DNA from: an uncultured Thermococci archaeon | GTDB taxonomy: Archaea; Methanobacteriota_B; Thermococci; Methanofastidiosales; B48-G16 | Direction of reading: 5' to 3' | Length of the DNA: 64,000 nt | Assembly: GCA_964595645.1 (NCBI GenBank) | Contig: CAZQQT010000001.1 | Span: forward strand, 224,001 to 288,000 | Shown: positions 19,063-30,019 of the stretch, piece after piece | Numbering within the stretch: position 1 is the stretch's first letter | How the letters are laid out: each line of letters begins with the position of its first letter | Position numbers and translations under genes: made by a program | The notes under the pieces: generated by a model | Told to the model about the DNA's origin: nothing | Database searches by the model: none | The model's input: the letters and a program-made list of their open reading frames with translations, nothing else

Positions 19063-20280
19063 ATGGAACCAAAACAGGCAGAGATAAACATTGGAATGAT
19101 AGGGCATGTAGATCATGGAAAAACGACATTGACAAAGGCACTTTCTGGCGTATGGACGGATAAACACTCGGAAGAGCTAAGAAGGGGTATCACCATACGA
19201 TTGGGATATGCGGATACAATCTTCAGGAAATGTACTGCGCGTGATAAGTACACCGTAGAGAAAACATGTCCAGAGTGTGGAGATGAGACAGAAGTATTAC
19301 GAAAAGTCTCCTTTGTAGATGCTCCCGGTCATGAGACCCTGATGGCGACAATGCTCACAGGAGCGGCATTGGTTGATGGCGCTGTCTTGGTCATCGCTGC
19401 CAACGAGCCGTGCCCACAACCGCAGACCAAGGAGCATCTGATGGGTCTTGATATCATTGGCGTAGAGAACATTGTTATCGCTCAGAACAAGATAGAACTT
19501 GTATCGAAGGAACGGGTCAAAGAAAGCTACGAAGAGATAAAACACTTTGTACAAGGAACGGTGGCAGAAAATGCACCCATCATTCCTATTTCTGCTCAGC
19601 ATTCCATCAACATCGATGTGCTCATCGAAGCGATAGAGACAAATATTCCCACACCGGACCGGGATGAAACGCTGGACCCCAGAATGTTCATCGCACGATC
19701 CTTCGATGTGAACAAACCTGGCACCACGCCCGAGAAGCTTGTGGGCGGAATTATTGGTGGCAGTTTGAAACAAGGTATCATGCGGATAGGAGATGAGATG
19801 GAGATACGACCCGGTAGATCGGTAAAAGAGCGCAATAAGGTAGTGTACAAAGATCTGCATTCCGAGATCGTTTCTCTGGATACTATGGGTGTGCAACTGG
19901 ACGAGGCATGGCCTGGAGGTCTCATCGGTATCGGTACAAAACTCGATCCCTCGCTCACGAAGGCGGACGCTTTGGCCGGCAGCGTCGCAGGGAAACCGGG
20001 AACACTCCCTCCTTTGTTGCATGAATTCGATCTCAAGGCGCATCTGCTGGAGCGGGTTGTTGGCTCGGAAAAGGAGCTGGATGTTACACCTATCAAACGG
20101 AAAGAAATGCTCATGCTCAATGTCGGAACGGGGAAGACAGTGGGGTTTGTGAAGAGTCCTGGAGAACACTGCAACCTTGATCTACGGCTCCCCATCTGTG
20201 CAACAAAAGGGGACAGAGTAGCAATAAGCCGGAGAATTGGGACACGATGGCGACTGATCGGGTACGGAATCATCGAGTAA
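19063..20280 (+). CDS. eif2g: Translation initiation factor aIF2 gamma subunit
   Basis: [45 protein letters not shown]. Confidence 0.97.
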   Translation: MEPKQAEINIGMIGHVDHGKTTLTKALSGVWTDKHSEELRRGITIRLGYADTIFRKCTARDKYTVEKTCPECGDETEVLRKVSFVDAPGHETLMATMLTGAALVDGAVLVIAANEPCPQPQTKEHLMGLDIIGVENIVIAQNKIELVSKERVKESYEEIKHFVQGTVAENAPIIPISAQHSINIDVLIEAIETNIPTPDRDETLDPRMFIARSFDVNKPGTTPEKLVGGIIGGSLKQGIMRIGDEMEIRPGRSVKERNKVVYKDLHSEIVSLDTMGVQLDEAWPGGLIGIGTKLDPSLTKADALAGSVAGKPGTLPPLLHEFDLKAHLLERVVGSEKELDVTPIKRKEMLMLNVGTGKTVGFVKSPGEHCNLDLRLPICATKGDRVAISRRIGTRWRLIGYGIIE

Positions 20281-20651
20281 CTGTAATTTTTGACACAAAT
20301 TTTATTCTGAGTTGTGTAAAGTTTGGAATTGACTTTAGTCAAGTGCATACACTTATTGAAAAATCCCATGAAATAGTAATCCCCTCTAATGTACTTCATG
20401 AGTTGAATACCCTCGATCTGAAGGGACAAGATGCGACAGCGAGAAGAATTGCACTGGATCTTATCGATGAGTATCCTGTTCTCACGCTGGAAGGAAAGGT
20501 TGATACCTCCATTCTCACCTTTGCCGAAAATCATGAGTGCGTCGTCTGCACAAATGACAGAAAGCTGCGTCGATCACTGCGAAAAAAAGGCATACCAACT
20601 GTATTCATACGGAAAAGGAAATATCTGGAAATGGACGGTGTTATTTTTTAG
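20247..20651 (+). CDS. PIN-domain protein (Fcf1/Utp24-like)
   Basis: [23 protein letters not shown]; canonical position after eif2g; start uncertain. Confidence 0.85.
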   Translation: MATDRVRNHRVTVIFDTNFILSCVKFGIDFSQVHTLIEKSHEIVIPSNVLHELNTLDLKGQDATARRIALDLIDEYPVLTLEGKVDTSILTFAENHECVVCTNDRKLRRSLRKKGIPTVFIRKRKYLEMDGVIF

Positions 20652-21628
20652 TAAACAAGGTTGTACACTCTCCCTACCTCTTCTCCATCATCGGTGATCT
20701 TCAACCGCCCAAACTCGAGAAAGTCAAACTCTTCTTTCACGTTGGTGAAGAGGTATATCTCTTTCCTCTCAAAATCGATACTGATTACTCTTCCTATGCC
20801 GATGCATATTTCATCTTTGATGAATCCAGCGATAAGACCCCTTTCAAATCCCTTTTTTAAAATCGTCATGTTTTTTTGCTTTCCGTACCGTTCAGCAACG
20901 ACAAAGAACCCTTCGGGGATCTTCTCACACCAGTGTATCTCCGTCCCTACGTCGTCCTTCACTTTTTCTGGATCGCAGGCTTCTCCAGAGAAAAGAAAGG
21001 TGTTTCGTAGCGTGATATCCTCAACAGTATATATCGTGACCTGGGCGTCCTGCAGATATTTCTTCCACAGGTTCTTCCGAATTGTTCTCCTCTGTTCTCT
21101 GGAGGTATACGTCTTGTTGTTCACTGGTTTTCGGACGATGTCGTAGGTGGGATAGTCTCTGAGGATTCCTTCCAGTTCTTTACCCCGTTGAAATGCAACG
21201 ATCATATCGGGGGACAGACTCGTGATTTTCGCTCTCTTGAGGCTTCTCCCATTCCAGAATACTAATCCTGTAGTATCTATCAGTACATACGGCGAGTCTG
21301 CACGGGAAGTGAGCTCCAGTAACCCTGCAACCATCTTTGTATGATCGTAGGGATATACATCCCCAATAAAGTAGTAATATTCCTCTCCACTGTTATTTTG
21401 GAGCCCTAAGCATCCCGGAGGACCTATACTAGATTGTCCCACGTCACAGTCAATTATAGAAACGTTTTTCCCACTAGCTCGTATTTTTTTCGAAGCATAA
21501 TGTAAAAAACTCGTTTTTCCTGTGTCAATATACCCAAGAATAACTGCTGTACACATATCTTTTTCGAGTATTCGCTCAACTATTTCTTTCCATTCTTCCC
21601 GTTCTTCTTTACTCGCCTTACTATCCAT
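20648..21628 (-). CDS. clp1: Clp1-family polynucleotide 5'-hydroxyl kinase
   Basis: GYIDTGKTS Walker A, DCDVGQSSIGPPG, IDTTG, R-x3-R lid (REQRRTIRK). Confidence 0.85.
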   Translation of the reverse strand: MDSKASKEEREEWKEIVERILEKDMCTAVILGYIDTGKTSFLHYASKKIRASGKNVSIIDCDVGQSSIGPPGCLGLQNNSGEEYYYFIGDVYPYDHTKMVAGLLELTSRADSPYVLIDTTGLVFWNGRSLKRAKITSLSPDMIVAFQRGKELEGILRDYPTYDIVRKPVNNKTYTSREQRRTIRKNLWKKYLQDAQVTIYTVEDITLRNTFLFSGEACDPEKVKDDVGTEIHWCEKIPEGFFVVAERYGKQKNMTILKKGFERGLIAGFIKDEICIGIGRVISIDFERKEIYLFTNVKEEFDFLEFGRLKITDDGEEVGRVYNLVY

Positions 21629-22785
21629 ACGATCAACCCTACTGCAACTATACTAACAAATCCGTAGAGGAATATATTTCTTTTGGATATCCATGGGAGG
21701 GTGTCTTCTCCCACCACAAGTGAGAGAATGTACCAATGTGAATATCCACGATGGTTTTGTATGTACGCAAGTGTGTTTTCTCGGTTGGTGGCGATCCCTA
21801 CGTCCTCTGCCAAGGTTTCTGCCAGTAACAGTGAGTACTCCCCGAGCATCGTTTTATTCGGAGTAGCATAGTACATTTTCACGTTTGTCTGTCCCCGTAC
21901 CTGGGTGAAATCGCATCTGCTTTGGATCTCACCTACGAAACTTTCCTTCTCGAGTGGAATATTCTGTTCGGTGATGTAGATATCGTAGACGCCTGTGGAT
22001 GTCTGCATCTCCTCCATCCACTGGACAGCCTTCATTATCGAGTTTTTGTATTTTTGTGCTTCTGTAATTTGGTAGCACATCCACTCACCGAGTAGTGCCA
22101 TGGTGACGTAGTGGCAGGAGATATTCCAGCGGGTGGGTATCTTCAGTGCGTAGCCGTCGTACCATGCTCCGTTCTCGAGCTGCATTCTATACAATGTATC
22201 TCCCAGTAACAGAGTATATTCACGGTACTTTCCTTCCTCCCCAATGTAATGGACGATACTTCCCAGCCCTACACAGATCATTCCCCAGTCGTTTGGGCAG
22301 GAGTAACAGTAGTTTTCCAGGGAGTTTTTCATTTCCCCCTTGTGCCGTGCATCACTGTTTCTTCTGTCAGGACATTCTACGGGATACACTTTTTTCCATT
22401 TTTTTACCTCTTCAATTAAGAAATCTCCTCCTTTTAGTGCAGCATTTTTGTACAATTCATTTTCAGTAATTTCATATCCAAGAGAAAGGGCCCAGGTACC
22501 CACACCTGTATACAACTTCGGATTCACATTCGGTTCATTTGTGATCTCCCCACTTTCTTTTTGCCGCTGTATGATCAAATCCAGACATTTTCTACTCTTT
22601 TCGAGGATTTCAGCATCATTATTTTCCTGATAGAGATGTAGGAAGAAGAGTCCTTCGTAACAAAGCGTGATTGTATCGTCCTGTGTGAGATCGCGGTTGT
22701 GGAGGTACTGTTCGTACACATGTTCCGCGTCCTGAAGAGATAATGGGGCTCCCAGTACGAGAACTATCAACAACCACTCCTTCAT
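21580..22785 (-). CDS. Secreted, C-terminally anchored alpha/alpha-toroid protein
   Basis: Signal peptide, helical repeats ending QKESGEI / QLENGAW / QTSTGVY (QW-like), C-terminal TM plus basic tail. Confidence 0.6.
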   Translation of the reverse strand: MKEWLLIVLVLGAPLSLQDAEHVYEQYLHNRDLTQDDTITLCYEGLFFLHLYQENNDAEILEKSRKCLDLIIQRQKESGEITNEPNVNPKLYTGVGTWALSLGYEITENELYKNAALKGGDFLIEEVKKWKKVYPVECPDRRNSDARHKGEMKNSLENYCYSCPNDWGMICVGLGSIVHYIGEEGKYREYTLLLGDTLYRMQLENGAWYDGYALKIPTRWNISCHYVTMALLGEWMCYQITEAQKYKNSIMKAVQWMEEMQTSTGVYDIYITEQNIPLEKESFVGEIQSRCDFTQVRGQTNVKMYYATPNKTMLGEYSLLLAETLAEDVGIATNRENTLAYIQNHRGYSHWYILSLVVGEDTLPWISKRNIFLYGFVSIVAVGLIVWIVRRVKKNGKNGKK

Positions 22786-22789
22786 ATCT

Positions 22790-23515
22790 TCACTCTATGC
22801 TCTTATGTTTAAATATTATCGTGGAGAGGGACAGCATCACGATACAGGTGCCGATGAGAGCAGTTAGTGCGTAGGCAATGCTCGAGGGATTGGCCATCAT
22901 CTGTATTTCTCCATAATCTACCGTATGGTATGTGATAGATTGCAGATAGTGGGTCACAGTAATTTTGGAGATCCGTTCGGAGAGAGCCGGCGCCAGCATT
23001 TCCCATATAAACGCAAAGAAAAGCCCGAACATTAAGGGCCGGGAAATCACGATGCTCACGAGGAAGTACACCGCACCGTACGTTGCGATGGCCATGAGCA
23101 GTATGAGGATATACGAAAAAAAGATGCGAAAGGGTATCGGTTCTGGAGCGTAAAGTCTTAATGCTGCGAACATACTTATGAGCGGCACCAAAAACACCAT
23201 GAACGTCGATACAAGGTAGCCCAAGTACTTTTCCGCCACGATCCTCGTCCTCTGGATACGTGTGATCAAAAATACAATTTTTCCAGACTGTATATCATCG
23301 TTGACGAGAGAGGTCGCGAATATCAGCGTTACAAAGAGCACAAAAAGTTGGAGATACAACCTATACGTAATATCTGAGAATACTTCAGTTCCATTTTCTC
23401 CTCTGTATATAGAGTATATACCAAGAACAAGTGGTAAAAAGAGGAAAAACTCAAGAATATACGCTTTTCTGCTTTTATATATTTGTTTCAAAGTCAAAAG
23501 ACTCGCATCAAGCAT
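22790..23515 (-). CDS. ABC-2 type permease
   Basis: 6 TMs, SLVNDDIQSGKIVFLITR motif, adjacent ATPase. Confidence 0.85.
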   Translation of the reverse strand: MLDASLLTLKQIYKSRKAYILEFFLFLPLVLGIYSIYRGENGTEVFSDITYRLYLQLFVLFVTLIFATSLVNDDIQSGKIVFLITRIQRTRIVAEKYLGYLVSTFMVFLVPLISMFAALRLYAPEPIPFRIFFSYILILLMAIATYGAVYFLVSIVISRPLMFGLFFAFIWEMLAPALSERISKITVTHYLQSITYHTVDYGEIQMMANPSSIAYALTALIGTCIVMLSLSTIIFKHKSIE

Positions 23516-23519
23516 TTTT

Positions 23520-24422
23520 TCACCTCACCAGATATCTAAAGACGGACTCTAGGTTATCATCGGGGGAGCTGAGATGTGTGATCTCTATATCATTCGCTAT
23601 GAGAATTTTTGGGAACTCTGTGTAGAATGTGTCCGGGTCCGAGGTTTTTGAGAGCACACCTCTCTTGATAATCTCTGCAGATTCAACGAAGTCATATCCT
23701 ATCAGTATTTTTGCTAGTTTTCGCTTATCCTTTGTTAGAAGCTTTACAGAGTGCGGAAATTTATCCATTGCCTCACGGATTTCGTGGATCTTTCCCTCTG
23801 CTAGAACTCTCCCCTTGTGTATGAGAAGCACTTTCTCGGCCATTCGTTCAACTTCATGAAGCACATGGGAGGAGATAATAATATTTTTGCCTTTTTCTGC
23901 CAAACGGGTTACTATTTCCATTATTTTTACTCTCGTTATCGGATCAGCTCCTGTTAAAGGTTCATCCAAAAATAAAAGCTCCGGGTCATGCAACAGTGTT
24001 TGCGCAACTTTTAGTTTCTGCCGCATACCTTTACTGTATCCTGCTATTACTCTGTTTCTTGCCCCCCAGAGATCTACTTCTTTTAGAGCTTCATTTACTC
24101 TTTCAACTTTTTTTATGTCGTTTAATCTAGCCATCGTTCTTAAAAACTCATATCCAGTCATAAATGGGTAGAATAAATCCTTTTCTGGACAATATCCTAT
24201 TTTTTTCTTTAGTTCTGGATTGTCCCACGCATTCATTCCCAAAATCGAAATTTTCCCCTTACTTTCTTTTGTTAAGCCTACAGCTATCCTGAGGAATGTG
24301 GATTTTCCTGCGCCGTTAGGACCAAGAAGTCCTGTGATGCCATTTTCTACAGTAATTGTTATATCGTTTAGTGCGAGGACAGTTCCGTACCATTTACTGA
24401 GGTGTTCTGTTTCTATGATCAT
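23520..24422 (-). CDS. ABC transporter ATP-binding protein
   Basis: GLLGPNGAGKST, YSKGMRQKL, LDEP; ATGA overlap with upstream permease sets start at 24422. Confidence 0.93.
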   Translation of the reverse strand: MIIETEHLSKWYGTVLALNDITITVENGITGLLGPNGAGKSTFLRIAVGLTKESKGKISILGMNAWDNPELKKKIGYCPEKDLFYPFMTGYEFLRTMARLNDIKKVERVNEALKEVDLWGARNRVIAGYSKGMRQKLKVAQTLLHDPELLFLDEPLTGADPITRVKIMEIVTRLAEKGKNIIISSHVLHEVERMAEKVLLIHKGRVLAEGKIHEIREAMDKFPHSVKLLTKDKRKLAKILIGYDFVESAEIIKRGVLSKTSDPDTFYTEFPKILIANDIEITHLSSPDDNLESVFRYLVR

Positions 24423-25270
24423 TCGCTCAACTCCATTTTTCTCAGTTTTAGATAGGTAAAACCTCCTAAGAGAATTGTTAGCCCTACAATTATCCCAAAG
24501 GAATAGTACCACGGTATTATCTCTCCCTCCATTGCTCCTATTTCTTGGGGTTGGAGTCTGAAAATGATCCCTATTATATGTTGTGCATCCTTGAGAAGGG
24601 AAATTAAAACTGCCCATTTAATCTCACTCGAGACATATAGAATTGCTGCTACTGCATCACTTCCAAGGATGAGGCCAAAAAATGAAGCACCTGCATACTT
24701 ATTGTTTCCAGTAAGGGAGGATAAAAAGAGGATAAGGATACTGAAAAATGCAGTGAGTACGAAGGAACTGAGTATGCAGGAACCCCAAACCCATAGCGTG
24801 CTCTGTATCTCGCTATCCAGCGTAAGTGTCAGGGACCAGTACATAACGGTGGAGGGGACAACAGTTATCAGCGATAGAAGTGCAACTATGATTCCCAGCT
24901 TGCCCAAAATGTAATCTATCTTCTTCAGTGGACTCGAGTAGTAAAGTGTTATACTCTTGTTTTTTATGTCCTCCGATATTAACGAGGAGCCTGCAACAGC
25001 TGTAAATAAAATAATCAATAGGAGCTGAAATGAAAAATAATTTGTATAAAAGGATCCTGGATTTTGAAATCCCTCTTGTATTGTACCAGACATGGCGACT
25101 GAGAGTACAATAAAAAATATAGCAGGTATCCATCCCAGTATCAGACAAACTTTCACCCAGTTGTTGCTCCAGGCTCTTTTTACTCCAAAGAGTATCATAC
25201 CCCAAACTTTATATGGCCTCTTTCTGTACGTTCCTTTCCATTTCTTGTACTCTTGTGTATATATGGCCAT
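24419..25270 (-). CDS. ABC-2 type permease
   Basis: SLISEDIKNKSITLYYSSPL..DYILGK motif, 6 TMs. Confidence 0.85.
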   Translation of the reverse strand: MAIYTQEYKKWKGTYRKRPYKVWGMILFGVKRAWSNNWVKVCLILGWIPAIFFIVLSVAMSGTIQEGFQNPGSFYTNYFSFQLLLIILFTAVAGSSLISEDIKNKSITLYYSSPLKKIDYILGKLGIIVALLSLITVVPSTVMYWSLTLTLDSEIQSTLWVWGSCILSSFVLTAFFSILILFLSSLTGNNKYAGASFFGLILGSDAVAAILYVSSEIKWAVLISLLKDAQHIIGIIFRLQPQEIGAMEGEIIPWYYSFGIIVGLTILLGGFTYLKLRKMELSE

Positions 25271-26179
25271 TCAATCACCCAAAAGACTTACAAAGAGTTC
25301 TTCTAGCGAGTTTCTGGCATTTGATATATACCTAATTTGAATATTGTATTTAGCTGCATTTTTGAATATATCTGAGTAAATAGTGTCGGGATATCTCTCT
25401 ATTTTCACTGTATTTCCAAGGATTTCATAATCGCAGTCTAAATCATTCAGTAGCATTTCAGGATTTTTTTTAACCCTCACTTCAACTCTCCCTTCGTCTT
25501 CTAGAAGTCCAGTAATATCTCCTTCAACTACAAGCTTTCCCTTATTCATAAGAACAACATTTTCACATACTTTTTCTACGTCAGGAAGTATATGGGATGA
25601 AAGTAAGATGTCTTTGCCCTTGGAAGATATATCCTTTATAATAGTGAGCATTTCGTCTCTACCGAGGGGATCCATCCCATTTGTCGGTTCATCCAGAAAT
25701 AGAACTTGGGGATCATGAACGAGAGCTTGTGCGAGCTTTATACGTTGTTTCATCCCTGAAGAGTATTCTCCTATATTCCTATATCGTTCTTCCTCGATTC
25801 CTGCATAGTAGAGAGTTTCATGGGCCCGTTGGAGTGCATCACTCCGAGGTAGACCGCGTATAATTCCCATCTGCGTTACAAAATCAACACCATCCATATT
25901 CTCAATGAGGCAGTCATGTTCGGGCATATATCCTATTTTTTCTCGTATTTTGATATCTTCCTTTTTTATGTCGTAGTTCAACACTTTGGCTTCTCCAGTT
26001 GATAGGCTTATTAGACCCAGGAGTACGCGGATAAGTGTGGACTTTCCTGCGCCGTTAGGACCAAGAAGTCCCGTAGTGCCCTCTTTCACTCGTATCGATA
26101 GATTTTCTACAGCAGGTATTTCATTATAGTATTTTGAAAGGCCTTCTGTTTCAATTATCACACTCAGCAACCCCATCAT
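25271..26179 (-). CDS. ABC transporter ATP-binding protein
   Basis: GLLGPNGAGKST, YSSGMKQRIKLA, LDEPTNGMDP. Confidence 0.93.
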   Translation of the reverse strand: MMGLLSVIIETEGLSKYYNEIPAVENLSIRVKEGTTGLLGPNGAGKSTLIRVLLGLISLSTGEAKVLNYDIKKEDIKIREKIGYMPEHDCLIENMDGVDFVTQMGIIRGLPRSDALQRAHETLYYAGIEEERYRNIGEYSSGMKQRIKLAQALVHDPQVLFLDEPTNGMDPLGRDEMLTIIKDISSKGKDILLSSHILPDVEKVCENVVLMNKGKLVVEGDITGLLEDEGRVEVRVKKNPEMLLNDLDCDYEILGNTVKIERYPDTIYSDIFKNAAKYNIQIRYISNARNSLEELFVSLLGD

Positions 26180-26278
26180 ATTTAACGTTTATACATATAT
26201 AAAAATTGATCGTCTCTTTATAAATGTTATGACTGATTTCACTGTCACTTATATAAAGTATCGCAAAAGAAGCATTGT

Positions 26279-26830
26279 ATGCTCCAGGATCTTCTTGTTC
26301 CTCTTGCAGTCGTTGGTGTAGCAGAATTAGGTGACAAAACACAGATCGCTGTTTTTATTCTCTCGACAAAGACGAAAGAGCATTTAAAGCTTTTGATAGG
26401 AATACTTTTCGCGTTTCTTCTCGTAGATGGGATCGCTGTTGTTGTGGGGGAGTACATTACTAAAATGGCCCCCATGAATATCGTGAAAATCGTTTCTGGA
26501 GTGATATTCATTTTTTTTGGAATTATTACATTGATAAGTGCGAGGAATGAAGAAACGATGTTTGAGTTTAGACGACCTTTTTACTCTGGTTTTATGGTGA
26601 TTTTCATCTCCGAGCTGGGCGACAAAACACAGATCGCGTCGGCGCTGTTCGCAGCGAAGTACAACCCTTTTCTTGTGCTTATGGGGGTGATGATAGCGTT
26701 GAGCCTTCTCTCGATCACGGCACTGTATCTGGGGAAGGTTATTGCAACAAAAGTGAACGAGAAATTACTCTCTACAATAGGAGGGGTTGTGTTTATAGTG
26801 ATGGGCGCGATAATTTTGATAGGATGGTAA
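26279..26830 (+). CDS. TMEM165/GDT1 (UPF0016) Mn/Ca transporter
   Basis: Two ELGDKTQ motifs. Confidence 0.93.
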   Translation: MLQDLLVPLAVVGVAELGDKTQIAVFILSTKTKEHLKLLIGILFAFLLVDGIAVVVGEYITKMAPMNIVKIVSGVIFIFFGIITLISARNEETMFEFRRPFYSGFMVIFISELGDKTQIASALFAAKYNPFLVLMGVMIALSLLSITALYLGKVIATKVNEKLLSTIGGVVFIVMGAIILIGW

Positions 26831-26857
26831 AAAGAAAAAGAAGTATAAAAATTACTC

Positions 26858-27148
26858 TCACTTCTCTTTAAGCTCTATCTCAATGCCGCCAACCCAGTTA
26901 GCTGCAAGATTGTAAATGAACGCAGTGATCACACCACCGATAAATCCAAAGACGGCGTAGACGATAGGCACGATGATAATTGCGGCTACTCCTACAAATG
27001 CACTTAACACGTTAGGGACGCCCACAAACCCACCGCTCACTGTGGTAATTAACGCAGCGATGACACCGGCGATAAATCCCACTATTGCACCGATAATAGC
27101 GTAGATTTTAGCTAAAGAGAGTATATCTACCTTTTTTATTTCCTGCAT
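26858..27148 (-). CDS. Small membrane protein (DUF3566-like)
   Basis: IKKVDILSLAKI..IYNLAANWVGGIEIEL. Confidence 0.7.
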   Translation of the reverse strand: MQEIKKVDILSLAKIYAIIGAIVGFIAGVIAALITTVSGGFVGVPNVLSAFVGVAAIIIVPIVYAVFGFIGGVITAFIYNLAANWVGGIEIELKEK

Positions 27149-27192
27149 TGTATCACTTTCGCTGTATAGAGACTATGGTTATTTAAATGTTG

Positions 27193-27940
27193 TCATTGTC
27201 GACACACGATTAACTGTTTCTTTGCACCGTCTGAAAACGGTTGTTCATCGTAGTTTCCATATTTTTTTTCTATTGTATAGCCGTTGTACCGCAGTAGCGT
27301 GTCGATTTCTCGTGGAAAGAGAATTCTGTTTTTCCACTCCTTTACCCACTCTTTATCTCCCATTTGATAGTGCCATTTGATATGCATGAGCGGTGTTGCG
27401 TTGTTGTACGATGTTTTTCTGTGACTGTTACTTACTCTCTGGCCGTCCAGCATATACTCTGCTGTCGGGAACTGCTCTGACGGATTACGCATGAGTATCT
27501 CGAGGTCAGGAGTGAATATATCGATAAGAAAACTTCCTTCCTCTTTTGAGTGTTTTTTTACGCAGGAGAAACAGGCTTCGTAGCTTTCTATATCATGGAG
27601 ATGAAGGAGAGAGTTGTACGGGAACAGAATGAGGTTAAATTTTGTATCAAGATTGAAATCCCTACAGTCTGCATGTACCCATGTCAGATCGACATCCCGA
27701 CGCGATGCTCTCTCTTTCGCGCACGAGCATAGGTTTCGATATGTCCAATCCCGTAATTTGATAGTCCTTTTCAGCTAGTCTAAGGGTAATTCTCCCGGTT
27801 CCACATGCCAGTTCGAGAACTGGATCCCCATTATCTCTTCAGGACGCATATAGAACGGAATGTCTTCGATGAACTCCTTTTGTTGCATATCGTAGTGTCG
27901 GGGAGCACTGTAGAGATCCTCACAGTCTATTGATTCTATG
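27193..27940 (-). pseudogene. Frameshifted class I SAM-dependent methyltransferase
   Basis: Three frames: DLYSAPRHYD..DIPFY; then GDPVLELACGTGRITLRLAEKDYQITGLDIS (motif I); then VHADCRDFNLDTKFNLILFPYNSL..to stop 27193; shifts near 27830 and 27722. Confidence 0.8.
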
Positions 27941-28065
27941 AGGAACTCTTCTCTTTCAGTTTTTATATAACTGTATCCCAGAAACATACTCTAGAATATT
28001 TCTCAGCTATTATCTATATTCCAGTAGAAACCTAATCCTTATAAAGTGAGAAAACTATACTCAAT

Positions 28066-29616
28066 ATGAGATACGTCATTGTGACAGGTGGAGTACTTTC
28101 AGGGTTAGGGAAGGGAGTGACCACTGCCTCCATTGCGAAGATTCTCCAGAGCATGGGATATAAGGTTACCGTGATCAAGATAGATCCGTATCTTAATGTG
28201 GATGCAGGGACGATGAGCCCCTTTGAGCATGGGGAGGTATTCGTGCTGAACGATGGTGGCGAGGTGGATCTCGATCTGGGAAACTACGAGCGTTTTCTCA
28301 ATATCGATCTTACAAGAGATCACAATATTACCACCGGGAAAATTTACAAGCGTGTTATCGAAAAGGAACGCCGTGGAGATTATCTGGGCAAAACGGTGCA
28401 GCCGATTCCCCATCTCACCGACGAAATCAAACTGCAGATACGAAATGTCGCAGAAAAGTACGATTTTACCGTGATTGAGGTGGGAGGAACTGTCGGTGAC
28501 ATCGAGAGCATGCCCTTTCTGGAGGCCTGCAGACAGCTCTCCGGTGAGGAAGACGCAGTATTCGTTCACGTCACGCTTGTCCCGACCCTTGATGTAGTGG
28601 GAGAACAGAAAACAAAACCCACACAACATTCCGTGAAAAATCTTATGGAGACAGGAATCTCCCCACATATTATCGTCGGTAGATCCGAGGAGCCCCTTCT
28701 CGAGAAAACGAGGCGAAAAATAGCGCTTTTCTGTAATGTACGAGAAGATCACGTGATAAGCAACCACGATATCGGTGATATTTATAAGGTACCCCTGATG
28801 CTCAATGATCAGAAGATAGGAGAAAAGATAGTTGATAAGTTCGGATTACGGAGAAAGCCAAAATTGGACAACTGGAAATCGATCATCTCCCGGGAGTGTG
28901 ATACCGACGTGACCCTTGCAATGGTCGGGAAGTACATGGATCTCCATGATTCCTATATCAGTATCGATGAGGCACTGAGCCACTGTTCCTACTACACAGG
29001 AATCAATGTGAACATTCGGTGGTTGGAATCAGAAGAACTCGAAAAAGGCGATCTCAAGGGAGTCGATGGTATTTTAGTTCCGGGAGGCTTCGGTGTACGG
29101 GGAACGGAGGAGAAAATCAATGCAATACGATACGCACGTACAAATAAGATACCCTTCTTAGGGATATGTCTTGGCTTCCAGCTTGCGACTGTAGAGCACG
29201 CTCGAAGCATCGGATTTTCTCATGCGAACTCCACAGAGTTTGAGGATACTGATGAACCGGTGATAGATCTCCTCCCGGAGCAGAAAAAGATAAAGGAGAA
29301 AGGAGGGACCATGAGGCTCGGCGCCTATAAAATCTTGTTGGATAAGAACAGTATGGTATGCGATCTCTATAACTCAAAGGAGATATACGAGCGGCATAGG
29401 CACCGCTACGAGGTAAATCCAGAGTACATCGATACACTGACAGAGGGTCCCTTACGGTATACTGGGAGATCTGAGGATGGACGAATGGAGGTACTGGAGC
29501 TTGATAATCACCCTTTCTTTCTGGGAACACAGTACCATCCAGAATTTACCTCGAGAGTTGAAAGGCCATCGCCCGTGTTCATGGGGCTTGTGAAGGCCAT
29601 GGCTGAAAACCGTTAA
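28066..29616 (+). CDS. pyrG: CTP synthase
   Basis: [40 protein letters not shown]. Confidence 0.98.
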   Translation: MRYVIVTGGVLSGLGKGVTTASIAKILQSMGYKVTVIKIDPYLNVDAGTMSPFEHGEVFVLNDGGEVDLDLGNYERFLNIDLTRDHNITTGKIYKRVIEKERRGDYLGKTVQPIPHLTDEIKLQIRNVAEKYDFTVIEVGGTVGDIESMPFLEACRQLSGEEDAVFVHVTLVPTLDVVGEQKTKPTQHSVKNLMETGISPHIIVGRSEEPLLEKTRRKIALFCNVREDHVISNHDIGDIYKVPLMLNDQKIGEKIVDKFGLRRKPKLDNWKSIISRECDTDVTLAMVGKYMDLHDSYISIDEALSHCSYYTGINVNIRWLESEELEKGDLKGVDGILVPGGFGVRGTEEKINAIRYARTNKIPFLGICLGFQLATVEHARSIGFSHANSTEFEDTDEPVIDLLPEQKKIKEKGGTMRLGAYKILLDKNSMVCDLYNSKEIYERHRHRYEVNPEYIDTLTEGPLRYTGRSEDGRMEVLELDNHPFFLGTQYHPEFTSRVERPSPVFMGLVKAMAENR

Positions 29617-29990
29617 TCCATAGTCCGGAGAAACATTCCCCGATCCTTCACATTTTCGAGCATTTCTCCGTTCCAGTACCCCACACCAAGACATTCATTT
29701 TGTAGGTTCACCACCAGCTTTTCTCCTTTTTCTGCGAGATCTCCCTTGATGATGTTCTTTTTAAACACGTCCCTACCGTAGAGAAAAAGCGTCTCCCCTC
29801 GTTCATTGATTTTCACTTTATTTCTCGTGGTATATGGGGTGAGGAGGAAGGCAAACTCCAAGGAGAGCTTGGAATTTTTTACCTTTATCCCGGCGGCCTT
29901 CGTCTCCTTAGTAATAAATGGAAGGAGTTCCTTTTTCACCAAATAATATTCGTTTCCTATCGTTACAGTCTCGTACTCTTCTAAATCCAT
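29613..29990 (-). CDS. NIP7-like PUA-domain protein
   Basis: [34 protein letters not shown]. Confidence 0.75.
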   Translation of the reverse strand: MDLEEYETVTIGNEYYLVKKELLPFITKETKAAGIKVKNSKLSLEFAFLLTPYTTRNKVKINERGETLFLYGRDVFKKNIIKGDLAEKGEKLVVNLQNECLGVGYWNGEMLENVKDRGMFLRTMD

Positions 29991-30019
29991 CTGTACGCCG
30001 TAGTAGTTGAGTATTTTTT

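Noticed and set aside
18390-19141. Phe/Ser-rich minus-strand ORFs
   Set aside because: Antisense of the Lys/Glu-rich S6e linker
19297-20534. Long antisense ORFs (290 and 312 aa) over eif2g
   Set aside because: No recognisable motifs; typical shadows of a conserved gene
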